Below are positions 37,601-48,377 of a stretch of DNA of 64,000 nt, piece by piece; positions within the stretch are counted from its first letter, which is position 1, and every line of letters begins with the position of its first letter. The notes below the pieces were generated by a model that saw nothing but the letters and a program-made list of their open reading frames with translations, was not told the origin of the DNA and ran no database searches. The stretch comes from Octopus bimaculoides (taxonomy: Eukaryota): assembly GCF_001194135.2 (NCBI RefSeq), contig NC_068988.1, positions 96,063,713-96,127,712 on the forward strand, given 5' to 3'. The position numbers and the translations under genes are program-made.

Positions 37601-38538
37601 GCAGCATCCTTCAATTTAATTTATCAATAATTGGGTGGGGAAGAACTACGGCCTGAAAGTGAGGTACCTAACAGATCCTAAAGCTTCACATACCTTTAGA
37701 CATTGGCTCACAACAAATTTAGTTGCCAAAGGAAGTCATGTTACATAAATTTGTCACAAAGAACTGACCACAGAATCAGTTGAACTTTTATTCTTCAAAA
37801 GCATCCTTGGTTGAATTAGAGACAAAAAAATATTTGTAACTCATGACTTGGAATATATTCTACCTGTATATGATTACAGGTTAACAAAATACAAGCCTTG
37901 GTTTTAGCTGTAAATGAAGAGGTTCATGATAGATTCTGTCACGAAATAATTATTATGAATCCTCTGAATTCTTTTCATGGAGAGAATCCTGCAACAGAAT
38001 CTACCAAAGTGGTAAGGTAAGAATTTTTAAAAAACAAACAATTCAGGCCCTCGTGTGTGGCTGTGCTCATCAAATACATAATCAACAAAACCATTTCGTT
38101 CAAGTATTAAAAAAAAAAACACACACACACCTTTCGAAAGTCTTTCACACGCTTGAAAGGCAAGTCTGCACCTAATGGAACTTCTCTAAAACGGTCTGTT
38201 GACACTGGGCAGTAGAAAGAGGTAGGACCTAAAAGACGAAGGTTGTAATATCAATGATTTCAGCTAAATTAACGATTACCAAACAAATAACTTTATAACT
38301 ATTGTCAGTCAAGAAATATTGAGAAATAGACAAGCCCATAGCCATCTGAATGTTATTCAGGGCCAGCAGTCAGGCATTGCAGAGAGTGTTCCAGCTGAAT
38401 GAATCAAAATTCTTATAAATTGTTTTGGTCTCCTGAATTCCAATTAGATTAGTTACACAGAAACCCAATCAAATGTTCTGCAGGCATTGTGCTGTGCCAT
38501 TTTATTCATTAATGACCCGTTCAAAGGCAAAATGAGAT

Positions 38539-38950
38539 ATTCTTTTTGTTTCAGTCATTTGACTGCGGCCATGCCGGAGCACTGCCTTTAGTCGAGCAAA
38601 TCGACCCCAGGACTTATTCTTTTTAAGCCTAGTACTTATTCTATCGGTCCCTTTTGCCANNNNNNNNNNATTCTTTTTAAGCCTAGTACTTATTCTATCG
38701 GTCCCTTTTGCCAAACCGCTAAGTTATGGAGACGTAAACACACCAGCATCGGTTGTCAAGCGATGTTGTGGGGACAAACACAGATGCATATATACGACAG
38801 GCTTCTTTCAGTTTCCATCTACCAAATCTACTCAAGGCTTTGGTTGGCCTGGGGCTATAGTAGAAGACACTTGTCCAAAGTGCCACGCAGTGGGACTGAA
38901 CCCGGAACCATGTGGTTGGTTAGCAAGCTACTTACAACACACCTGCACCT
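38539..38950 (-). mobile_element. tRNA-derived SINE, family B (contains a 10-N gap)
   Basis: Colinear with 11901-12254. Confidence 0.8.
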
Positions 38951-39189
38951 ATATATTTAAAAAATATATATATTCATACATTAATCTGGTTCATATTCTT
39001 CTAATGAAAATGGTTGGATTTCTACCAGATTTTGCAACTGCTGCTAAAATTCCTTTGTAGGTAACTAATATTAACAGAACTTTCAGTGAATTAATTAAAA
39101 CCTGGTTTTAAATGACTTTGACACTTGGATTATTCTTAGTGCAATCTAAATTTTTACACTATTAGCTGTGTGGTAAATTAATACGACAA

Positions 39190-39940
39190 GACTTGTCAAC
39201 TTAATTTAATGCAAAATAACACGTCAAAATTAGAAACAATAGATGCCAAACTAGGATTGAAAGTAAACCACGACAAATCAAAAAAAACAGTGAACGTATT
39301 AAACTAGAAACCGGTGAACTAGAGGATGTAGCCAAGTTTACGTATTTAGGTAATAAGATAAGATTCTCAGGCGGCACCAACGAAGATATTAAGATGAGAA
39401 ATAAGTAAGGCAAGGACCGCTTTCCACCTGTTAAAATAAGTATGGAGCGCAAGTGTAATTTCAATAAAGAACAAAACAAGAATTTTTAACACTAACGTAA
39501 AAGCGGTGTTATTGTATGGGGCTGAGACATGGAGAACAACAGTTAAGTCAAATAAGCAAATTCAATCATTCATCAACAGATGCTTGCGTAGTATGCTTAA
39601 AATCAGATGGCCTGAACACATAAGCAATATGGAGCTATGGCAAAGAACGAATCGAGTTTCGATTAGGGAGCGAATATTTAAGAAAAAGTGGAAGTGGATT
39701 GATAGCACAATTAGAAAAGACACACCAAATGCAGCGAGAAGTGCTTTACAGTGGAATCCGGATGGATATAGAAAGAGGGGTAGGCCTAAGAACTCGTGGC
39801 GTAGATCAACACAAAAGGAACTAGAGAAAGGGGGACATTCATGGCAGTGTATAAGTACAGAAGCGAGAAATTATGCGACATGGAATTCAATTATAAGTGG
39901 CCTATACTCCGCGTTGGAGGGTTAAAGGCAAGAAAGAAAG
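39190..39940 (+). mobile_element. 5'-truncated RTE-clade LINE
   Basis: FTYLG..., KTRIFNTNVKAVLLYGAETW, CLRSMLKIRWPEHISN, ALQWNPDGYRKRGRPKNSWRR (ORF 39506-39925); AAAG tail. Confidence 0.88.
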
Positions 39941-39942
39941 AA

Positions 39943-40066
39943 GCTGTGTGGTAAGTAGCTTGCTTACCAACCACATGGTTCCGGGTTCAGTCCCACTGTG
40001 TGGCGCCTTGGGCCGACCAAGGCCTTGAGAGAGGATTTGGTAGATGGAAACTGGAAGAAGCCCATC

Positions 40067-40127
<61 letters not shown>

Positions 40128-40290
40128 TGTATGTATATGTTTGTTCCCCCACCATCGCTTGACAACCGATGTGGTTCAGCAAAAGACACCAATAGAATAA
40201 GTACTAGGTTTACAAAGAATAAGTCCTGGGGTCAATTTGTTCAACTAAAGGCGGTGTTCCAGCATGGCCACAGTCAAATGAGTGAAAGAA
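39943..40290 (+). mobile_element. tRNA-derived SINE, family B, with expanded (AT)n
   Basis: Colinear; (AT)n at about 40068-40123. Confidence 0.8.
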
Positions 40291-41049
40291 CAATCCTCCA
40301 AATCGTCATTTAATTGAAGACAAAGACCAAAAATAAACGGCAGGAATTAACTCTGCTAGAAATGGCAGAAATGTTTAAGCATTATGGAGTTCATTTATGG
40401 TTTGAGCTGAAATCCTATCAAGATCAACTTTTGCCTTTCATCGTTTCACAGTCAATAAAGGACCAGGGGTATACTGGGGTTGAAGTAACTGACTAAAAGC
40501 CCTTCCCCTCAAAATTGCTGACCTTGTAACCCCATTCCCACCCTACATCCATTGTTTTCACAGACTTCAACCTAATCGTTGTCGCCCTCATTTCTTTGCT
40601 CTGCAAAAGTTAAGTGTTTTGGCAGAAAGTGATATTTAGCATCAACAAACACCTTTCGCTCTCATTTTCGACCATTCTTCCCTGCAGAAGCTGGTTTGCA
40701 GTTCTCACTTTCTCTTCCCATTCTCCACTAATTGTTCATTCGCTTCACCCTCTGCATCGGCCAATATTCTTGGTTACACTACTAAGTGTCTCTGCATTCC
40801 AGACCCAGGGGGTAATTGATGAGTCTGTGTCTCATCGTTCCCACCTTTGCACAAACCACTCACCTCTATTTGCCAACACTTAAGTTTGTAGGACTAGGGA
40901 GCATGTCATAGATGAAGTGAATGAAAAAACTGGTTCTGGCTGGATCCCATCCTACCTTTCACCTCACCACAATCTCCCCCACCCCAAGCAGGACGGTGTC
41001 CTTCATAGCTACATTGTACCCATTCATGGTCAATGCCAGCCTCCTCTTC

Positions 41050-41240
41050 CCCCTGTGGCATGTAAAAAGCACCCACTACACTCTCGGAGTGGTTGGCGTT
41101 AGGAAGGGCATCCAGCTGTAGAAACTCTGCCAGATCAGATTGGAGCCTGGTGCAGCCTCCTGGCTTCCCAGACCCCAGTTGAACCGTCCAACCCATGCCA
41201 GCATAGAAAATGGACATTAAACGATGATGATGATGATGAT
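41050..41240 (+). mobile_element. RTE 3'-UTR-only copy
   Basis: gaagggcatccagctgtagaaactctgccagatcagattggagcc...ttaaacgatgatgatgat tail. Confidence 0.78.
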
Positions 41241-42204
41241 AATGAGCAAAGCCTTCCACAATTTGTAGCACAAGGACTTCTGAGCCAAACTGCCAGACTA
41301 TAGATGCCATTTGTCTCTATCAGACCTCTTCACATGTAAACTCTCCCATTTCATCAACCCTGCTTCACCTCTAAATAAGAAATTGCTTAAAGTAACGCCT
41401 CGACAGTGGAGAGACTAATTTTCAACAGCCTTTTCCACTTCCACACAAAAACATAAACCTCTCATTCTTCTTCCTTGTAACCAATAACTCTCTCCTCTTG
41501 CACCCTTCCCCCACCCAACATTCCCTTCGTTACTGATAATGATTCCACCAATTATCTTCAGTCAGCCAAGGCATCTGTTGCAGCCATCTCACTGGAAACT
41601 TAACTCTCAAAAGATTAACCATTCCCAACAATCACTCTGGGGCATTCGATATTCTTAACTGTGTTAAAAAGCAAAATATGGAGAAGACTCAGAGAGATCC
41701 AATACCTTTAACAAGTAGGGATTTGTAACCCCTTTCCAGGACTGCTGTCCCCCATTGCACAACAAAATGCCTGCACACCTGGACAACTGCAATGGCAATC
41801 AGCTAAACCAGATTGAGAGAAGCTGTAGAGGTTTTGAACCTTTGTCACCTTAAGTATGCGAAGGCTGGAATTGTGGTAGACAATCTGTAACAATCAGGGA
41901 TCACATTTCAACCAGCAGAAAGATGATTTCCAGCAATACCACTATGGAGCACAGTGAGGTATCTAAGCCATCCTGGTCAATGCCAGTGCATAGCTGGGGT
42001 ATTTCCAGTCATAACAACTTGCCTTGCTAATGGTCCAGAAAGTTAAGAGTGAGAGTGAAGCTGGTCACCCCCAAACACAGCCCACTCCCTCACTATGATC
42101 CAACTTCAGCACAAGTCAGAAATCAGGCTCTTTCAAACCACAAACACATGGTGAACCTTTCATTGCAACAATAAGAGAATCATGCAAAATATCTGCAACA
42201 CCGA

Positions 42205-43130
42205 AACATCAGCGTCATTTAATGTCCATTGTCCATGCTGGCATGGGTTGGACGGTTTGACCAGGGCTGGCACACTGGAAGGCTGCACCAGATTCCAGTC
42301 TGATTTGGCATGGTTTTCTATGGCTGGATGCCCTTCCTAATGCCAACCACTCCAATAGTGTAATAGGTGCTTTTAAGTGTCACCAGCACAGGTGCCATTT
42401 GTGTGACACTGGTATCTGCCACAACTGCAATTCTGCTCAGCTTGGTCATTGCCTCCATGAGGCCCAACACTCAAAAGGAACTCAGCCACTTTGCCTCTGT
42501 GAGGCCCAATTCTCCCACAGTGCTCTGTATGTGCCACCAGCATGGGTGCCAGTTACATGACACCAACACCAGCCACAACTACAATTTCACTTGGCTTAAT
42601 GGGTCTTCTCAAGCACAGCATTTCACCAAAGGTCTCAGTCACTAGTCATTGCTTCTGTGAGGCCCAAAGTTTGAAGATCATACTTCACCACCTCATCCCA
42701 TGTTTTCCTGAGTCTACCCCTACCACAGGTTCCCTCCACAGTTAGAGATCAGCATTTCTTTACACAGCTGTCCTTGTCCATACAGATCACATGACCATAT
42801 CAATGCAGTCTTCTTTCTTGCACACCACATCTGATTCCTCTTATGTCCAACTTTTCTCTCAAGATGCTTACACTCTGTCGAACATGCACATTGACATTGC
42901 ACATCCAGCGAAGCATACTGGCTTCATTTCTTTTAAGCCTACGCATGTCCTCAATGATCACAGCCCATGTTTCACTGTCATGTAGCATGGCTGTACACAC
43001 AAAGGCATCATACAATTTGCCTTTCACTCTGAGAGGGAGAGACCCTTTGTTGTCAGCTCCTTTCAATATGTTTCAAAGTGTAATGTAGGCAAGAGCTGTC
43101 AAATCTCTGCGTGCTGACACAGTTGTACTC
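42205..43130 (-). mobile_element. 5'-truncated RTE-clade LINE with long 3' UTR and (GAT)n-type tail
   Basis: ORF 42800-43066: LPLRVKGKLYDAFVCTAMLHDSETWAV...LRWMCNV...QERRL; 3' UTR shared with many other copies in the window. Confidence 0.85.
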
Positions 43131-43823
43131 CCTGTTGTTGCAGTGAGTAAAAAGTGAAGTCTTAATCGTCTTTAAAAACAAAGAAATATTTCAACCTAAA
43201 TTCTTCCCATAAAATTAGAACTGCTGCATTATAATGACTCGTGCAGATGAAGAATTTGTGTTTATATTCCAAGAATAAAGGGAGTCACAGCAGCAGTGAA
43301 AATTAGGGGTTGAATAATCACATGGGTCAGTTAAGTACTTGCCATACTCCATTTTGTCTGAAGCAAAATGAAATGTTCCAGTCGAACAAGAAACCAAGAT
43401 CCAAAGATCCGTTGTAACAGATATACCATAACCACCTAAAGATCATACAGCACACAGTGGTGAATTGTAAGAGGGGGGGGTGACAGCCTGGATATATTGG
43501 ATTCTCTCCCCTGGCCAGTTTATTGCTCTTTACCTGTAAATTCTGACGGTTAAAAGAGACTCAGACCACAATTGCTATACCTTGACACTCATTGGTGGAG
43601 GCAGAGGGAAAAAATTGCATATAACAAGAATGGATGTAAAACACTAAATAAAATCATAAGAATGAGTTTCAGGTGTTACTTCATTATAAGTGGAACAAGT
43701 CAGTTATTAATTATGCAAGGCTAATTTAAACAGCTACAGTTGCTCTTCCATGGTATAATTTCAGTAAGATTGACTGAACCAATGAGACCTTCACAATCAA
43801 TTCTATACAAACTATAACCTTGC

Positions 43824-44074
43824 ACATCATTTACATTTGACGGATATTTGTCCTCATTTTGTTTGTTGTTAACACAATGTTTCGGCTGATATACCCTCCA
43901 GCCTTCATTTCAGGTGTCTTGGGGAAATTTCCTTAGGAATGAGAACCCAGGTTCAAAATTACCCCAAGACACTTGATGACGGCTAGAGAGTATATCAGCC
44001 GAAACATTGTGTTAACAACAAATATCCGTCAAATGTAAATAATATACATAATTCCTCATCTCTTAAATATAGAA
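43824..44074. mobile_element. Shorter asymmetric copy of the tRNA/hammerhead foldback family (tRNA heads absent)
   Basis: Same arms. Hammerhead-like cores at 43876-43913 (minus, CTGAAATGA) and 43973-44008 (plus, TTGATGA..GGCTA/CAGCC GAAAC). Confidence 0.72.
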
Positions 44075-44773
44075 ACCATAACCTTTTTAGATGGTTAGTA
44101 TAATAACCGTTCCTCCTCCTTAAACACTACTGATCTCCTATCGTCTATGGCACACCTTCCATCACTTCGAGACACAGTAATTCCTCTCATTCATCATCAT
44201 CCTTTGACGTCCCAAAATCTTTAATATTTATTCATCAATATCTTTTGCCACTTCTAATAGAATGAAAATGGAACACCAAAGTTGTACTCACCTTCTTTGT
44301 TCCATTCAAAATTCTACATTTATAAAGCTCAGCAGCAAATAAATTTCTTCATTTAAAATATCATTACTGTCTCTCCCATACAGTTCAAGTTTTATGTAAA
44401 CTGTATTAATCTCATTAATAAGATGACCATTCTGAACCAAGAACACAAGAGTAAAGAGATTTTTTCATGAACATAATACTAAAATAGATTTTGCAATGCA
44501 CCAGTAAAAAAAAAGGAATTTAAAAGAAGATAAAAACACACACCATACATTAATTAATAAAAAGGTTATTATTCACAGTTTCACCACATTTAATCAAAAA
44601 ATTATTAATTTTGTGTAAAATATTTAAATGACTACATTTTAACTAGAAATATATTTTGTATATATGTATGGATGTTGAAGTTATTCCCAGTATTAGGTGT
44701 GTATGTTATTTTTTGGATTTACAATTTACATCTATATATATATAGTCTTACTTGGAAATGGATGTGTGGTGTT

Positions 44774-44810
<37 letters not shown>

Positions 44811-45050
44811 GAGAAATTTTAAAGTTTCAAGTGGTAACACATTAACTGAATTAAATACAAAACCTAACGTGAGTACCTACATATAAAAGTACTTCACTAC
44901 AAAGGGACGTTTCATGTTTCCTTCAAAGAATGCAAAACACACATTGGTTATTGGAAATGTCAATGATATCATGATAAAAATATCTTACAGATTGTCTACA
45001 AGCAATATTATTAAAGCGGTCGACATAGTGGTCCAATCTTCGACGCTGTT

Positions 45051-45920
45051 TCACTTCTGTTTGTTGGTCAAGTCGGAATAATCTTCAAGAACTCCTTGTA
45101 AATGGTCGTTATGCTTCTTAAACGTCCGTGACTTTTTAGCATTCAGTTTCTTCCTCTTCTGTATTGGAGTCCGTTTTACACCAACATCTGGCATTAAACT
45201 TATTCCTTGTTTTTCGAGATATTCTTCAATTTTCTGCTCATCCAAACCTTCCACAGTTACACTTCTCCACATTTTTCGAAAATCTTCGTCAATTTTAAAT
45301 TGACAATACTTGTCATTGTAGAAGAGTATTTTCTTTTTGTCAATTGGTCTTACTACGAAAATAATATGATCAGCTAATATTTTGAATGATTTCTGAGCAT
45401 TTGGAATCGATTCTTCAATGTCATCGATAAGAACACCACCGAGACCATGGAGATCTTGGTTCTTCAACAGATTCATTAATCCCTTTTTATTACGAATATT
45501 ATATTTTGGTTTAAAGATATATGTGTTCCCATCGACAACTTCTATTTTCGGGTTATTAATCAAAGCTTCTGTTACAAGCCAATGTCTCTGCTTACTTCCC
45601 AAATCTAACTGCTTAGTTTCGTCAAGTATTTCTTCGATATTCAAAGGATGGGCATAGCCTTTTTGATGTCGGGTTTTCATATGTTTCACTATTTTGGCCA
45701 AAACACTGAATTTATATTGAGAACTTCCTTTGGCAGTTTTATAGTCGTAAGTTTCGGTGTTTGAAGTTGGTTTCGGTTTTGGCGGTTTGGAAGATTTTTG
45801 CTTTTTGGCAAGTGATTCGTTATTTTCATCCTTGTGTTGATTTTTCCTTTTTTCCACAACAGGTTGACTGCGTGCTCTGGCCAAGAAAGATGCGTGTCCT
45901 TTGATCAGGGCAGGATCCAT
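45051..45920 (-). CDS. GTF2E2: General transcription factor IIE subunit 2 (TFIIE-beta), complete single-exon CDS, 289 aa
   Basis: ATG-to-TGA ORF. MDPAL...PVVEK, YKFSVLAKIVKHMKTRHQ, WLVTEALINNPKIEV, FKPKYNIRNKK, GLGG, KKKILFYND, WRSVTVE and FKKHNDHL..VLEDYSD follow TFIIE-beta colinearly. Confidence 0.97.
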   Translation of the reverse strand: MDPALIKGHASFLARARSQPVVEKRKNQHKDENNESLAKKQKSSKPPKPKPTSNTETYDYKTAKGSSQYKFSVLAKIVKHMKTRHQKGYAHPLNIEEILDETKQLDLGSKQRHWLVTEALINNPKIEVVDGNTYIFKPKYNIRNKKGLMNLLKNQDLHGLGGVLIDDIEESIPNAQKSFKILADHIIFVVRPIDKKKILFYNDKYCQFKIDEDFRKMWRSVTVEGLDEQKIEEYLEKQGISLMPDVGVKRTPIQKRKKLNAKKSRTFKKHNDHLQGVLEDYSDLTNKQK

Positions 45921-46574
45921 TGTACCAACTTTTAAATTTGTGTGGAATTACGGTTAAACATTCACTATTTATAAACACATGGGAGCAATGGGAACCATAA
46001 ATATTCCAAAAATCTGTTTTACATACAAATATCCAGACCAAAACTATGAATAAGCAAGAAAAAACAAAGAACCAATTAACAAATTTTCAACTCACAATTA
46101 ATTATTGCAACAGGATTAAACATGGATTAACCGGTGTAAATATTCGAGTGTCCCTCCGAGTTAGACGGTGTCCAATGAAAGTTTCTCTCAAATAAACTAA
46201 TTCCGAATATTAAAGACGCTTCGTGAATTAACAAGACATTAAAGATGCCAGAACAAAGGATATTTGGCTTTTACTTTAGATCAAATAAGAAGGAAAATTA
46301 TATTTGTTGTTCAAATTTATGTTGATATAGATTATATTTGATTATATATAACACTAGATAATTATGTATCCAATATGTGCATTAGATCATGATATTCTAT
46401 TTGAGTTAAGAATTTGAATATTAAATTAGAAGTTACGTAATGTTTATTTCTTCAAAGTTCGATGCTTATGTTTGCAGTTTTATGGATAATTAGTTGCAAT
46501 AAAGAAGCAAACCTAACAGGTCTCACTATCCGGAATACAATTTATAGTAAACTCTCCTTTATAGTCACCGATTT

Positions 46575-46602
46575 CTTACATCAAACTTCCTGGCGACATT
46601 TT
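46575..46602 (-). promoter_or_regulatory. Probable GTF2E2 core promoter / non-coding first exon with donor site
   Basis: Minus strand reads AAAATGTCGCC (YY1-like), overlapping CAGGAAGT (ETS-like), then gat|GTAAGA donor at 46579, about 660 bp upstream of the ATG. Confidence 0.45.
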
Positions 46603-48345
46603 CCTCTTTTAAATAAATAAATATTTTCTTTCAATTTTTTGTGATTCTTTCTTTCTTTCTTTTTTTTTTTTTTTTGGAAAATTTGTTTCTGCTTAAATTG
46701 AATAAAGAATATCCTTTTCAATGTTGGATCCTATTAAATTTTATCAGGTGCCGGCTTCCACACTGGGAATTTAATGTCCAAACAATGAATATTAACTCGT
46801 TCCACAAATTTAATTGTATTGACACTAAAATATTACTTATTCTGTATACACAAAGGAAAGTAATGAAATAGTAATTCAAACACTTTTAAAGTGACATCTT
46901 TGAATGTTAAATTAACCGCTGTTATTCAAACACCTGAAAAGATGTTTTACTAAACGTAGCATGAATATTAACAATTGAAAAGTTAATTTAAACTTATTAT
47001 AAGCGCTTTAAAAATTGTTTATACAAAATATCTTATTTCTCATCTTTAATACCGAAAATGTGTTAGTTTCTACAACGTTCAAGTGGTTATTTTTGTTCAT
47101 CAGTGTGTGTGTGTATACATGCATACATACACACAGTGAGTGAAAATAAGAAGTATTTCTATCGTGGCCGTTATAAAATTCAGCGGCAAATTGGTTTACA
47201 TTTTAAGCAAACGAATCGGGATGCTATAGATTTCTAACACTGCTGGAACACAAAGTTTAAGAGAAAATGTAATAGATTAAATCGTCCCCAAGACTTGAAT
47301 ATTATTTTATCGACCTCAGAAAGCTGAGAGGCAAAATTGAACTCGGAATATAAACGGCTGTAGCTAAATACTACAATGTATTTTGACAGACTGTTTAACG
47401 GTTCAGCCAAACATAATGTAAACGAATTACATTGTATGCGAGAATTAATGGGACGTGTATTTCCTTGCTATTTATAATATTTTTATAAATGCTAAGTCGA
47501 ATTAAACTAACACGATTCATTTAAACTTGTTAGAACCAGCGATCCATACATATCTCCATAATCGCAACCAAATGGAGCGGTTTATATTGTAGCATTACCG
47601 TTAGGAGGTAATAAAAGAAATTGAGCAACGCGGTTTTTCTTTTACAAAAGATAGATCATTTTGATGATACACACATTTATTCAACTTCTTTTAAGTGGTT
47701 TTTGACCATGCAGATTATTACCAATTTTCTCAGACTCTAGTCATTTCCTAAACTGATTTTACAAATTAAAAGACAAGTTAACATCTAACCAAACTAAAAC
47801 AGTTTAGTCTGGTTCTGTCTCAGTGATTTATTTCAAACTGTTTTTCCAAACAAGCTTTCGGAATTAAGTTTTACGATTTCATTTCAACAAAGTCGACATT
47901 TTTTTAACACGTAGGGTTAAAGAGTGTTCTAACATAAACCATCTCATTTTTTTCTTAATATTTCGGTAACATTGTCCTTTTAAGTAGGGGGGTATTTGAA
48001 ATAATTTGGCAGGTAGAATTAACGGTAAAATTGTCTCAAAACTCCTTATGTAACTGAAAATAAATATTGGACAATGTAGCAAGTGACCGGGTAAAGGCTG
48101 CCTTGTTGGTTCGTGTTAATTAAAATTTCAAGAAGAGTTTCTAATTAGAATCTTTGAATAAAAAATTCTGATCGACCAACTAGATTTTTCTCTCTATACC
48201 AATTATTTTAATTTCACGACATTGCCCTTTTTTCTATAACGTCACTTAAAAGGCTACTGATTACATTCGGTAGCCGTATTGTCTATTTTCGGTGAAATAG
48301 ATAAAAACTTAAAATTTAATCAAATTAAATTTGGAAATATTCTTG

Positions 48346-48377
48346 AAGATGGCGGCTCGAATTCAAGGGAGATAACT
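48346..48377 (+). promoter_or_regulatory. Promoter-like motif cluster: YY1 consensus AAGATGGCGGC plus AAGGGAGATAACT
   Basis: Exact YY1 consensus at 48346-48356 in a locally CpG-richer region divergent from GTF2E2. Confidence 0.5.

Noticed and set aside
38616-38713. 44-bp direct duplication inside a SINE
   Set aside because: The copies flank a 10-N gap, typical of an unmerged contig overlap.
40600-42200. Possible very old LINE remnant around the RTE insertion at 41050
   Set aside because: Only vague RT-like fragments; clade and boundaries cannot be supported by eye.
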